Source: Gemmatimonadota bacterium
GTDB lineage: Bacteria > Gemmatimonadota > Gemmatimonadetes > Gemmatimonadales > GWC2-71-9
NCBI GenBank assembly: GCA_003220905.1
Contig: QHTS01000087.1
Coordinates: 1-27,077, forward strand
Direction of reading: 5' to 3'
DNA length: 27,077 bases
How positions within the stretch are numbered: the stretch's first letter is position 1; every line of letters starts with the position of its first letter. A program made the translations under genes and the position numbers. Of the stretch, positions 10,340-19,571 are shown piece after piece. Under the pieces are notes generated by a model that was not told where the DNA came from, made no database searches, and saw nothing but the letters and a program-made list of their open reading frames with translations.

Positions 10340-10708
10340 GTGATCCGGTTTCTCGTCACGCGGGGGTCGGTCCTCGTGCTGGCCCTCGCGCTGAGCGGCT
10401 GTGCGCTCACGCTGGACTCGACCCATCTCGGCGTCCCGGTCTCGCTCGCCGGCGCCGCCCAGCGGCCCGATTCGGGCACGCCGTTCCGCGTGACGAAACA
10501 CTCGATCTATATGCTCCTGGGCCTCCTGCCGGTGGCGCAACCAAATCTCGAGGACATCCTCGCCGGACAAGCCGGCACCGGAACGCGCATCACGAATTTG
10601 CGCATCAAGGTGCGGAGCCGCTGGAGCGACCTGCTGGTGACCGGTCTGACGCTGGGGCTCGTCGTGCCGCGGTCGGTGACGTTCGAGGGCGTGGTCGTCG
10701 GACAGTAG
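10340..10708 (+). CDS. Small lipoprotein, Bor/TRL-like
   Basis: AGGAG RBS before a GTG start, lipobox LSGC, and C-terminal DLLVTGLTLGLVVPRSVTFEG resembling the Bor/Iss-type motif. Confidence 0.65.
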   Translation: MIRFLVTRGSVLVLALALSGCALTLDSTHLGVPVSLAGAAQRPDSGTPFRVTKHSIYMLLGLLPVAQPNLEDILAGQAGTGTRITNLRIKVRSRWSDLLVTGLTLGLVVPRSVTFEGVVVGQ

Positions 10709-10723
10709 CGGCAGGTGCGCCAG

Positions 10724-12028
10724 TTAACGCGCGACCAGCTTTTTCACGAGCGCGGTGGTCCGCTCCGCCGCACCCCGTCCCTCCCGCACCAGCCGCTTCC
10801 CGGCCGCGCCCGCCTTGGCGCGGGCCCCTGGATCGTGATGCCACACGAGCCACTGCGAGTGCAGCTGGTGCCGGCCGTCGGCGCTCAAGGCCACCGCGCC
10901 GCCGCGCTCGATCAACAGCGTCGCGTCGCGGCTCATGTGCCAGTGTGGGCCCACCGCCACCGGCACCCCGAACACCGCCGGCTCGAGCACCGAATGGAGT
11001 CCCGCGCGGTGGTACCCGCCGCCGACGACCGCGACGTCCGCGAGCGCGTACAGGTCGGCCAGGATCCCCACGCGATCGACGACGATCACCGGCGCGGAGG
11101 ACGTGTGCTCTACCTGTGACAGCCGGACGGGGCGGGGCAGGCCCAGCCGCTTGGCGGCCTGCGCGATGCCGGCGAGGTGGTCGGGGTTGGGCTCGTGGGG
11201 CGCGAGGACGAGCCGTGCGCTGGGCACCTGCGCGAGCAGGTCTACGAACGCCGGCAGGACCACCGCTTCGTCGGCCGGCCAGGTGGACCCGGCGACGATG
11301 GTGAACGTGCCGGCCGGGGCGATGGCGAGGCGCGCGAACGGGTCGCGCGTGCGGTCGAAACGCTCCGCCCGCTCGGCGACGCTGTCGTATCGCGTGTCCC
11401 CCGTCACCTCGATGGCCCCGGGGCGCGCGCCCAGCTGCTCCAGGCGCCGGCCATCCTCTGCGCTGATCGTGCCGATGCGCTCGAGCGCGCGGTAGGCTGC
11501 CTCCGCCCAGCCGCGCGCCGGCCAGCGGAGCCGCGAGCTGTGCGGCGCGACCGTGGCGGAGATGAGGCCCAGCTTCACGCCGCGCTGTGCCGCCGCGAGC
11601 GTCAGCTCGGGCCACACGTCGAGCTTCGAGAACACGAGCGCCGCGGGCTGGAGCGCCTCGAGCACGCTCGCCACTTCGGCCGGGCGGTCGAGCGGCAGGT
11701 AATCGGCGACATCGACCGGCAGGGTACGCGCGAGCCGCTCGGCGGAGGGGGAGAAGAACGTATAGGCGAGCTGCCAGTGCGGTGCCTCGGCGCGCACGGC
11801 TTCGAGCACCGGCTTCGCCTGGAGGCCCTCGCCCACCGACGGGGCGTGCACCCACAGCAGCGGTCGCTTGGGATCGCGGTGGGCCCGCGCCCACGCGGCC
11901 AGCCGGTCGGTCACGCCGCGACGCGCATCGAGACCGCGGGCGAGCTTCTTGTCGAACCGCGCGGCGAAGGGCAGGGCCCGGTGCGCGAGCCCGATGCTGA
12001 GCCGATATATGAAGGAAGGGCGCGCCAT
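10724..12028 (-). CDS. waaA: 3-deoxy-D-manno-octulosonic acid (Kdo) transferase
   Basis: Motifs LLWVHAPSVGE, DYLPLD, IVAGSTW, DRVGILADLYALADVAVVGG and HSVLEPA. The ATG at 12028 overlaps the upstream gene's TGA. Confidence 0.9.
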   Translation of the reverse strand: MARPSFIYRLSIGLAHRALPFAARFDKKLARGLDARRGVTDRLAAWARAHRDPKRPLLWVHAPSVGEGLQAKPVLEAVRAEAPHWQLAYTFFSPSAERLARTLPVDVADYLPLDRPAEVASVLEALQPAALVFSKLDVWPELTLAAAQRGVKLGLISATVAPHSSRLRWPARGWAEAAYRALERIGTISAEDGRRLEQLGARPGAIEVTGDTRYDSVAERAERFDRTRDPFARLAIAPAGTFTIVAGSTWPADEAVVLPAFVDLLAQVPSARLVLAPHEPNPDHLAGIAQAAKRLGLPRPVRLSQVEHTSSAPVIVVDRVGILADLYALADVAVVGGGYHRAGLHSVLEPAVFGVPVAVGPHWHMSRDATLLIERGGAVALSADGRHQLHSQWLVWHHDPGARAKAGAAGKRLVREGRGAAERTTALVKKLVAR

Positions 12029-12687
12029 CAGCGCGGCCGGGGAGGGGGCGTCGCCGTCTTGGTCCGGTAGATCGAGTCCAGCACGGCCCGGAAGACCGTG
12101 ACCGGGGCCGCGCCCTCGAGCAGGGCGCCCTCGATATAAAAGGTAGGGGTACTCGTCGCGCCCGAGCGCCGCGCGCGCTCGGCGTCCGCGCGGACGTCCG
12201 CGGCCGTGGCCCCGGACGCGACGCAACTGGCCAGGCGCGCGCGGTCGAGACCTGCCGAGTCGCCAAGCGCCAGGAGATACGCTCGGGGGGAGGCGAGGGC
12301 GGCCCACTGGTCCTGGCGGCGGAACAGCAGGTCGTGCATCGGCCAAAACCGTTCCTGCCGGGCGGCGCACAACCCGACCTCCGCAGCCGTCGCGGCGTTC
12401 TTGTGCACGCTCGACAGGGGCAGGTTGATGTACACGAACCGGACCTTGCCCGTCTGGACGTACTCGCGCTCGAGCAGCGGCATCGTGCCGAGGGCGAACT
12501 CGCGGCAGTAGGGACACTGGAAGTCCGACATTTCGTACACGGTCACGGGCGCGTCGGGACGGCCCTTGGTCCGGGCAGCCAGCGGGTCGGGCGCCTGGCG
12601 GGATCCCGGGCGGCCCGGCATGATGACGAACCACGCGGCGGCTACGAGGAGTGCACGGATCATGAGGGTTTTCTGGCGACCAACCAT
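12028..12687 (-). CDS. DsbA-family thioredoxin-fold disulfide oxidoreductase
   Basis: KGRPDAPVTVYEMSDFQCPYC, cis-Pro loop STPTFYI and an N-terminal hydrophobic segment. Start uncertain (12687 or 12663). Confidence 0.85.
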   Translation of the reverse strand: MVGRQKTLMIRALLVAAAWFVIMPGRPGSRQAPDPLAARTKGRPDAPVTVYEMSDFQCPYCREFALGTMPLLEREYVQTGKVRFVYINLPLSSVHKNAATAAEVGLCAARQERFWPMHDLLFRRQDQWAALASPRAYLLALGDSAGLDRARLASCVASGATAADVRADAERARRSGATSTPTFYIEGALLEGAAPVTVFRAVLDSIYRTKTATPPPRPR

Positions 12688-12720
12688 AGTCAGTCGTGAG
12701 TAGCGGCGCCACGGCGGGAC

Positions 12721-12961
12721 TGTTCCACAATGAAACATCTGTCAGGGCCCGGCCCGCTCTAGCGCGGTGCGGTAAATGATGATATAAAAGCGGCGTTAGC
12801 CGTCGCCGTCACCGCGCGTTGTGCGCCCTTCCCGCCGTCGTCGTCGTGCGAGCGCGCGGTTCGTTGAATGAACATCGGTAGGTGCAGTGCGTTGTTGGAT
12901 TGCCGGACCGCCAGACAGGCGGCGCCGGTCGTGCGTGTCACATTACCTCGCAGGAGGGGAC
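12721..12961. promoter_or_regulatory. Divergent promoter region between the dsbA-like gene and susC1
   Basis: Non-coding, with AT-richer patches (TAAATGATGATATAAAAG), an imperfect palindrome TGTTCCA-CAA-TGAAACA at 12721-12737 and RBS GGAGGGGA before ATG 12962. Promoter elements were not individually resolved. Confidence 0.4.
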
Positions 12962-15900
12962 ATGCAATTCACACCCCGTCGGTTCATTCCCTTCATTCTC
13001 AGCGCGTTTCTCGCTCTACCGGCCCTGCTCGCCGCGCAGGCGCCGGTGACGATCACCGGCAAAGTCACGAGCGACGCCGGCCAGCCGCTAGGGCAGGTCG
13101 AAGTCGCGATTCCGACCATGGGGCTGGGCGCGCTGAGCAAAGACGACGGTCGTTACACGATCGTCGTGCCCGGCGCCCGCGTCTCGGGCCAGACCGTGAC
13201 GATGGCCGCGCGACGCCTGGGCTACAAGTCGCAGAGCGCCCAGGTCACCCTCACCGCGGGAGGTGTGACGCACGACTTCGTGCTCGCGGCCAACCCGCTG
13301 CAGCTCGGTGAGGTCGTCGTGACCGGTGCCGGTACCTCCACCGAAACCGAAAAGCTCGGCGCCGTCCGTAACAACGTTTCATCGGACCTGATTCAGAAGG
13401 CGGGCGAGACGAACGTGGTCGAGGCACTCGCCGCGAAAGCGCCGAACGTCACGGTGCTCCAGCAGTCAGGAGACGCTGGGGCCGGGTCGTTCATTAACAT
13501 CAGGGGCATCAGCACCATCCTTGGCTCGAACCAGCCGTTGTTCGTCGTGGACGGCGTCCCCATGGACAACTCGAGTTTCTCGACGGCCAACTTCGACGCA
13601 TCGTACTCCGGTAACGGCGCGGCCGGGCAGACCGAAAGCACCGTGTCAACGAACCGGCTTGCGGACTTGAACCCGAACGACATCGAGTCCGTGGAGATCC
13701 TGAAGGGGCCGGCGGCAAGCGCCATCTACGGATCGAAGGCTGGAGCGGGCGTGGTGCTCATCACGACCAAGTCCGGCCGCCCAGGGCCCACGCATTTCAC
13801 TTTCCGCTCGACGACGTCCTTTGACGACGTCAACCACACCTACCCACTGCAGACCAAGTGGGCGCAGGGGGATCTCAATGTCGCTGCTGATACAACGGTC
13901 GCGACGGGGTGTGGCCAGCACGCCAGCCAGGGGAACTGCGCCACGTCGTGGGGCCCGCAGGTCACGAGTCCCGTCTACGACCATGCGAACGAGATCTATC
14001 GGACAGGGAGCACCCTGGACAACAGCATCGCGATCTCGGGCGGAAACGACCGCACGACGTTTTACCTGTCGGGCGGCAACACCTACCAGCGCGGCATATT
14101 CCTCGGTCCGAACAATGACTTCTCGCGCACTTCCGTACGCTTCAAAGGGACGCACCGCCTGGTCGACGTCCTAAAGATCGGGGCAGACCTGGCGTTCGCG
14201 GATACGCGCGCCAAGTACACACAGACGGGGAACAACGTCTTCGGCGTCCAGCTCGGTGACCTGCGTACGCCGCCGAACTTCAACAACATGCCGTACTTCG
14301 TCAATATCGGTGGTGGCATCCAGGAGCGCTCGTACCGGTTCCAGAGCCCCGGTCCCACCACAGCCCTGAACACGCGCGGCTACGATAACCCGTTTTGGGT
14401 GCTCAACCAGCAACTGAACACTTCCAACGTGGGCCGCGTGTACGGCAACGTGAACGCAGAGTATGTGCCGCTCGCGTGGCTCAAGTTTAACTACACCCTC
14501 GGCGCGGACTACGCGAACGACGAGCGGCTGGAGGGATGTCCAATCGGATCCACCGATGTCTGCACCAAGGGGCGAGTGATCTCGGCCAAGATCGTCAACT
14601 ACCAGATCGATCACAACCTCACCGGGACCGCAACCTACACGATCAACCCCGATTTCGGCGGTACGGTCACCGTTGGGCAGAACTTGAACACCCGGAACGT
14701 ACGGTTCCTGGGAGCCGTGGGCCGCACCCTGGTGGCGCCCACGCCATTCAAGTTGTCGAACACGGTAACGCAAGACCTGCCAGCCGACTCGGAAACGGTG
14801 ATCCACGACGCCTCGTGGTTCGGCCAGGCGACCTTCGACATGTGGAACCAGCTGCACGTATCGGCGGCGATCCGCAACGACGGTTCGTCGACGTTCGGCC
14901 GGCAGAATTTGCGCAGTTGGTTCCCGAAGGGCAGCCTAGCGTGGGAGTTCACCAAGGCGATCGGCGAGCGCTCTTGGCTGTCGTACGGCAAGGCCCGCGT
15001 GGCCTACGGTGAGGCGGGCGTGGAGCCGCAGCCCTATCTCACCTCGCAGACGTTCTCGAGCGCCTGTAACGGCGGTATCGCACAGGGGACGTGCAACACG
15101 CCCACCCAGAACAACATCGGCGGGCTCACGGCGAGTACGACAAGGGCGGCCTCGGTGCTCAAGCCCGAGCGCTCGAAGGAGTTCGAAGGCGGGCTTGACC
15201 TGGGGTTCGCGAAGGACCGGGCCGACGCGAGCATCACCTGGTACAACAAGAAGTCCGAGGATGTCATTCTGCTCGAGCCGCTCGCCGCATCGACAGGCTT
15301 CCTGTTCCAGGGCGCGAATGCCGCCACCATCCGCAACCGGGGCTGGGAGCTGGCGGTCAACGCGCGCCTGGTCCAGCAGGCGGACTACGGGTGGATCGTG
15401 GGGTTGCAATGGGCTCGCAATCGGAGCCTCGTGCAATCGCTCGGCCCCTTCGGGCACGTGTCGATCGGCGACTTCCTCACCCAGATCGATTCGGTCGGCC
15501 AGCCGGTCGGTGTCTACCTCGGCGGCGGGTACTATCGGTGCGGGCTCACCGACCCCGCCACGCCGGTGGCGATCGACGCCGCTGGTACCACGGGACCTCT
15601 CAGTACGGTGTGCAGCGGCGCGCCGAAGGGCGCGCTGTATATCGATCCGACCGGGTTCCCCGTGGGGCCTGACTCGCGCATCATGATGGATCCGAACTAC
15701 GATTGGACCGGCAATGTGCGGACCTCCTTCCGCTACAAGGGTTTGCAAATCTCCGGCCTGCTCGACGTCCGCCACGGCGGGAAGATCTGGAACGGCACCA
15801 AGGGATCGCTCTACAACTGGGGGACCCATCTGGACACCCAACAGCGCGCGATCTGCGACGCCGCCGGGTGCACGGGGAACACGCAGACGTTCGGATCCAG

Positions 15901-16282
15901 CGGCTGGTTCCCTGGGCCGGTTGTAGGGCCAGGGAAGGGGACGGCGGTCCCCATCGGAGAGAACTGGTATGCCGGGTACGCGGCCTGCCCCTACACGGGC
16001 ATCGACGAGGCGTGCATCGAGGATGCCGGGTTCGTCAAGCTGCGCGAGATCTCCCTCAGCTACACCATTGACGCGCCCTGGGTGCAGCGCACGATCGGCT
16101 TCTCGAGCATCGACCTGCGCATCTCGGGCCGCAACTTGAAGACCTGGAGCAACTATACGGGCTATGACCCTGAGACGAACCTCGGGGGAACGATCTCGTC
16201 GAATTTGGGAGCCAGCGGCGTCGATTACTTCAACAACCCGCAGACGCGCTCGTTCTCGTTTGCGGTCACCCTCAACCACTAA
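12962..16282 (+). CDS. SusC/RagA-family TonB-dependent transporter (susC1)
   Basis: Signal peptide, N-terminal carboxypeptidase-regulatory-like domain, plug NQPLFVVDGVP, signature LNPNDIESVEILKGPAASAIYGSKAGAGVVLITTKSG, and C-terminal FVKLREISLSY...YTGYDPE. Confidence 0.93.
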   Translation: MQFTPRRFIPFILSAFLALPALLAAQAPVTITGKVTSDAGQPLGQVEVAIPTMGLGALSKDDGRYTIVVPGARVSGQTVTMAARRLGYKSQSAQVTLTAGGVTHDFVLAANPLQLGEVVVTGAGTSTETEKLGAVRNNVSSDLIQKAGETNVVEALAAKAPNVTVLQQSGDAGAGSFINIRGISTILGSNQPLFVVDGVPMDNSSFSTANFDASYSGNGAAGQTESTVSTNRLADLNPNDIESVEILKGPAASAIYGSKAGAGVVLITTKSGRPGPTHFTFRSTTSFDDVNHTYPLQTKWAQGDLNVAADTTVATGCGQHASQGNCATSWGPQVTSPVYDHANEIYRTGSTLDNSIAISGGNDRTTFYLSGGNTYQRGIFLGPNNDFSRTSVRFKGTHRLVDVLKIGADLAFADTRAKYTQTGNNVFGVQLGDLRTPPNFNNMPYFVNIGGGIQERSYRFQSPGPTTALNTRGYDNPFWVLNQQLNTSNVGRVYGNVNAEYVPLAWLKFNYTLGADYANDERLEGCPIGSTDVCTKGRVISAKIVNYQIDHNLTGTATYTINPDFGGTVTVGQNLNTRNVRFLGAVGRTLVAPTPFKLSNTVTQDLPADSETVIHDASWFGQATFDMWNQLHVSAAIRNDGSSTFGRQNLRSWFPKGSLAWEFTKAIGERSWLSYGKARVAYGEAGVEPQPYLTSQTFSSACNGGIAQGTCNTPTQNNIGGLTASTTRAASVLKPERSKEFEGGLDLGFAKDRADASITWYNKKSEDVILLEPLAASTGFLFQGANAATIRNRGWELAVNARLVQQADYGWIVGLQWARNRSLVQSLGPFGHVSIGDFLTQIDSVGQPVGVYLGGGYYRCGLTDPATPVAIDAAGTTGPLSTVCSGAPKGALYIDPTGFPVGPDSRIMMDPNYDWTGNVRTSFRYKGLQISGLLDVRHGGKIWNGTKGSLYNWGTHLDTQQRAICDAAGCTGNTQTFGSSGWFPGPVVGPGKGTAVPIGENWYAGYAACPYTGIDEACIEDAGFVKLREISLSYTIDAPWVQRTIGFSSIDLRISGRNLKTWSNYTGYDPETNLGGTISSNLGASGVDYFNNPQTRSFSFAVTLNH

Positions 16283-16300
16283 CCCCGAGGAGATCGACAT

Positions 16301-17803
16301 ATGGTTCGCAATACAAGTGTCGCGATCGTCTCGCTGGGCTTGCTCCTCGGGGCGGCAAGCTGTAATAGCTTCTTGACGGGAGACAAGCTGAGCTCGACCC
16401 CGAACCAGCCCGCGAGCGCCTCCCTCCAGCAGCTCTTCATGGGCGTGCAGGCCACGCAGTTCGCGTTGCAGGAAGGCCAGATCCCCATGATGGTGTGCAT
16501 GTGGGTGCAGGCGTGTGGGGCAAGTGGCAACCGCTTTGTCGAGCTGTCGGGGCGCTACAACTTCACCGTGGCCTCGAACGTCGGTGCCAACACGGCAGAC
16601 TGGGCGCTCATATACGACGCTGGCGGTCTTGTGGACATCCACCAGGCTGAGGCGGACGCCCGGACGGCCGGGGATTCGACTTGGCTCGGGATCGCGAAGA
16701 TCTGGGAAGCGCTCACGGTGGGGAGTACGGCCGACCAGTGGGGGAACATTCCGTACTCCCAGATTGCGACCAGCCCCACGCCGGCCGCCGACGACCAGTT
16801 CGCGGTGTACAACGCCGTACAGACCTTGCTCGACGAGGCGATCGCCGAGCTCCGAAACGCGAGCGGGGGCGGCCCTACCACGGCGGACCTCGTGTTCCGG
16901 GGCGACAGGACGAAGTGGATCGCGGTGGCGTACACCCTGAAGGCGCGCTACTTCATGCACACGGCGGAGTCCCTCGGGACGCCCGCTTATCAGAACGCCA
17001 TCACCGCGGCAACGAACGGCATCGGTGACAACACCGGTGCCGGCGATTTCCGTGCGTTCCATTCGTCGGCGCCCGCGGAACGCAACATGTGGGCCCAGTT
17101 CCAGGGGACCTCGTTTGGGAACGACATCAAGGCCGGAAAGACCCTCACCGACATCATGAATGCGCGCAACGATCCGCGATTGCCCGCGTACTTCTGCTTG
17201 AACGGGAACGGCGGATACGGTGGCCAAGACTTCAACGCGCCGCAGCCCGCGGCGACGATATCAGGTTATGGATGCACGCCGGCACCACAGCGGTTCGGCG
17301 ACACGTTCCGGGTGCCCTATGTCACCTATGGCGAGAACGAGCTCATCCTCGCCGAGGCGAACAAGTGCCTTGCGAGCGCGCTGCCATGCAATCACACGAC
17401 GGCTACCGCGACGGCAGGCGATCCCACCGCCCTCACGCACCTGAACAATGAGCGGACGTACGTCAACACCCTCTATCCGGCGACCGCACCTCAGGTTGCG
17501 CTGCCGCCCGTCGGAGCCGTGGTCGGGGCCGCGCTCTTGGACTCGATCATGACCGACAAGTACGTGTTGATGTTCCAGAACATGGAAACGATCATGGATT
17601 ATCGGCGGACCTGCATTCCGACGATCACGCCCGTGGTCGCGGGCAACACCTTGGGATTCAAGAACGTGCCCGGGGAGCTGTTCTTCCCGTTGAGCGAGCT
17701 CGACGCGAACCCGGGCTTGCCGAATCAGAGCACGCGGCTCGCAGCCCACTTCTTCCGGACCCCGGGCGACACGCACGCGTGCACGAACGACGCTGCGCCG
17801 TGA
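16301..17803 (+). CDS. SusD/RagB-family lipoprotein (susD1)
   Basis: Lipobox AASC, directly after susC1. Motifs D.WGNIPYSQ, LLDEAIAEL, DLVFRGDRTKWIAVAYTLKARY and ENELILAEA. Confidence 0.9.
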   Translation: MVRNTSVAIVSLGLLLGAASCNSFLTGDKLSSTPNQPASASLQQLFMGVQATQFALQEGQIPMMVCMWVQACGASGNRFVELSGRYNFTVASNVGANTADWALIYDAGGLVDIHQAEADARTAGDSTWLGIAKIWEALTVGSTADQWGNIPYSQIATSPTPAADDQFAVYNAVQTLLDEAIAELRNASGGGPTTADLVFRGDRTKWIAVAYTLKARYFMHTAESLGTPAYQNAITAATNGIGDNTGAGDFRAFHSSAPAERNMWAQFQGTSFGNDIKAGKTLTDIMNARNDPRLPAYFCLNGNGGYGGQDFNAPQPAATISGYGCTPAPQRFGDTFRVPYVTYGENELILAEANKCLASALPCNHTTATATAGDPTALTHLNNERTYVNTLYPATAPQVALPPVGAVVGAALLDSIMTDKYVLMFQNMETIMDYRRTCIPTITPVVAGNTLGFKNVPGELFFPLSELDANPGLPNQSTRLAAHFFRTPGDTHACTNDAAP

Positions 17804-17848
17804 GGCCAGCGGTGCGTGCGTAATCGTACGGGCACTGTTATGATGAAT

Positions 17849-17881
17849 GGGGAGCGAATCCGCGGTCGGGGTTCGCTCCCC
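17849..17881. other. Intergenic hairpin between susD1 and the lipoprotein pair
   Basis: GGGGAGCGAA / TTCGCTCCCC is a perfect 10-bp stem, extendable with a G-U pair. It is preceded by an extended -10-like TGTTATGAT (17836-17844). Confidence 0.5.
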
Positions 17882-17916
17882 TACCCATGTAGGAGTCGAG
17901 GCCAAGGCGGGGATCA

Positions 17917-18366
17917 ATGGACTCACGCCGTGCCCTCCTAGTCGCCGGAGTGCTCGCGCAGGTCGGCTGCTACAACTACCTGCCGTTGCGACGGTCGGGT
18001 CTCGTCCCGTCGAGCCACCTGTCAATCACGCTCACCGAGTCCGGCTCGGATGAGCTGGCTCCCTATCTGGGGCCGAACGTGCTCGTGGTCCGCGGGCGCT
18101 ACGTGGGCCCGAACGAGCGCGGCCTTGCGGTCTCGGTGGAGTCCGTGGAGTCGCGCCGGGGGGGCATCGCGCGGTGGGCCGGCGAGACGATCGTCGTACC
18201 TGCGGAGTTCGTACGGGCATTGGAGCAGCGCCAAGGTTCGTGGAGCAAGACGCTCCTGCTCGCCAGCGCGTCGGTAGTAGGGTTCGTGGTGGCCTACGAG
18301 GCACTCGGCCCGGGCTCCAGCGGGGACGTCGCCGGGCGGTCCGGGCCCGGGCCCAGTCGGCACTGA
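17917..18366 (+). CDS. Hypothetical lipoprotein with C-terminal hydrophobic helix, paralog 1
   Basis: Lipobox-like QVGC, C-terminal LLLASASVVGFVVAY. Shares LT..G..ELA.YLG..V..VRGR and W.GE...P with the next gene. Confidence 0.7.
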   Translation: MDSRRALLVAGVLAQVGCYNYLPLRRSGLVPSSHLSITLTESGSDELAPYLGPNVLVVRGRYVGPNERGLAVSVESVESRRGGIARWAGETIVVPAEFVRALEQRQGSWSKTLLLASASVVGFVVAYEALGPGSSGDVAGRSGPGPSRH

Positions 18367-18420
18367 AGTGAACGAGCTTGCCACGGCGGGGTATGGAGGA
18401 ACTCATTGGGAGATGTGCGT

Positions 18421-18861
18421 ATGCGCGCCGCAGTCTTCATCGCCGCCTGCTTGACCGCAGGGTGCTACTCTTACACTCCGCTCACGACCACCGACCCTGA
18501 GCCGGGGACATCTCTCGTGACCACCCTTACGGACGACGGGGCGCGTGAGCTGGCCCGCTATCTCGGGTCGGACGTCTTCCTCGTGCGCGGACGCTGTGTG
18601 GGCGGGGACGAGCTCGGCCTGCGCGTGTCGGTCGCCGCGGTGGAGACGAAGGGTGGCGACCTCAAGTTGTGGGGCGGCGAGATCGTCACCATTCCCGCGG
18701 CCGCCATTGCGTCGGTCGAGATCCGGCGCTTCGCCAAGGGGCGGAGCCTCTTGCTCGCCGGTGTCGGCGTGGCGGGCGTGGCTGCGACTACCTTGGCGTT
18801 CTCCTTGACGGGCAGTGGCTCCGCCCCGGGCGCCAAACCGCCGCCACCCCCGCCCAAGTAG
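18421..18861 (+). CDS. Hypothetical lipoprotein with C-terminal hydrophobic helix, paralog 2
   Basis: Lipobox TAGC, same core motifs as 17917-18366, hydrophobic LLLAGVGVAGVAATTLAFSL and a Pro-rich tail. Confidence 0.7.
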   Translation: MRAAVFIAACLTAGCYSYTPLTTTDPEPGTSLVTTLTDDGARELARYLGSDVFLVRGRCVGGDELGLRVSVAAVETKGGDLKLWGGEIVTIPAAAIASVEIRRFAKGRSLLLAGVGVAGVAATTLAFSLTGSGSAPGAKPPPPPPK

Positions 18862-18868
18862 CTTCGTC

Positions 18869-19288
18869 CTAGAACACGCCGACGCTCGAGCGGCGCAGGT
18901 CCGTCTCGAGCGTCCATTCGATGTATTGGCCGGGCTGAATCACCAGGGTCTGCGTGCGGGCGTAGTCCGTGCTGCCGATCGGATCGCCAAGCAGTTGCAA
19001 CTCATGCCCCAAGCCGAGCAGCCGGACGGGGATGAAGAACACCCTCGAGGACGATCCGGTTACGGTACCCACCCGCGTTTCCTGGCCGTCATGCAGGACG
19101 TAGACCACCACGTCTAGATAGTTGTGGTTGGTGACGCTGAGGGCGATCTCGCCCTCGGGGACGTCGAACGCGGGCAACCGCTCGGCCTTGTTGCCCCGGT
19201 TGAATACGAAGCAGGCGGGTGAGACAGCGAGCAGCGCGACGAGCGCCGCCCGGAGCCGAAGCACGCGGACCGAGCGCTCGCGGGTCAT
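18869..19288 (-). CDS. Hypothetical lipoprotein with a small beta-rich domain
   Basis: This is the C-terminal 139 aa of the long antisense ORF. It has a basic and hydrophobic signal ending SPAC, and a beta-strand pattern SVTNHNYLDVVVYV...RVGTV...IEWTLE. The rest of that ORF is shadow of susC2. Confidence 0.68.
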   Translation of the reverse strand: MTRERSVRVLRLRAALVALLAVSPACFVFNRGNKAERLPAFDVPEGEIALSVTNHNYLDVVVYVLHDGQETRVGTVTGSSSRVFFIPVRLLGLGHELQLLGDPIGSTDYARTQTLVIQPGQYIEWTLETDLRRSSVGVF

Positions 19289-19571
19289 GCGAGCGAACGT
19301 ATCACGCGCTCGGAACAGGCGGAAGGCGACGCACCAGGCACGTGTGGGCATGACAATTCCCGGACAAACACGCGTCGTCTTTACAGTCCAGATGTTCCGT
19401 TTTGTAACACCACCGAGCTTGCGACTGCTCGTGCCGCGGGACACCTTAGCGAGGCCGTTCCACTCCTCTTCCCCCGTCATTAGGAGAGTGGCATATGCGC
19501 CACGCATGGTCCGCTTGCCGTCCTTCTTGCTCGTCCGCCGTCTCACTCGGAGCGCGATGCAGATGTAGTTG

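Noticed and set aside
12029-12730. Apparent 234-aa N-terminal extension of WaaA (668-aa ORF)
   Set aside because: It overlaps the DsbA-like gene in another frame. The ATGA coupling at 12028 gives a normal-length WaaA.
14936-17227. 763-aa antisense ORF, and similar long antisense or alternative-frame ORFs (10605-12266, 21500-22879, 471-1730)
   Set aside because: They overlap well-supported genes, are Arg/Gly/Pro-rich without motifs, and are expected shadows of high-GC coding sequence.
12962-17803. susCD1 as a horizontally acquired island
   Set aside because: It looks slightly less GC-rich by eye, but this is explained by Asn/Thr-rich composition. There are no mobility genes or boundary repeats, and GC3 was not computed.
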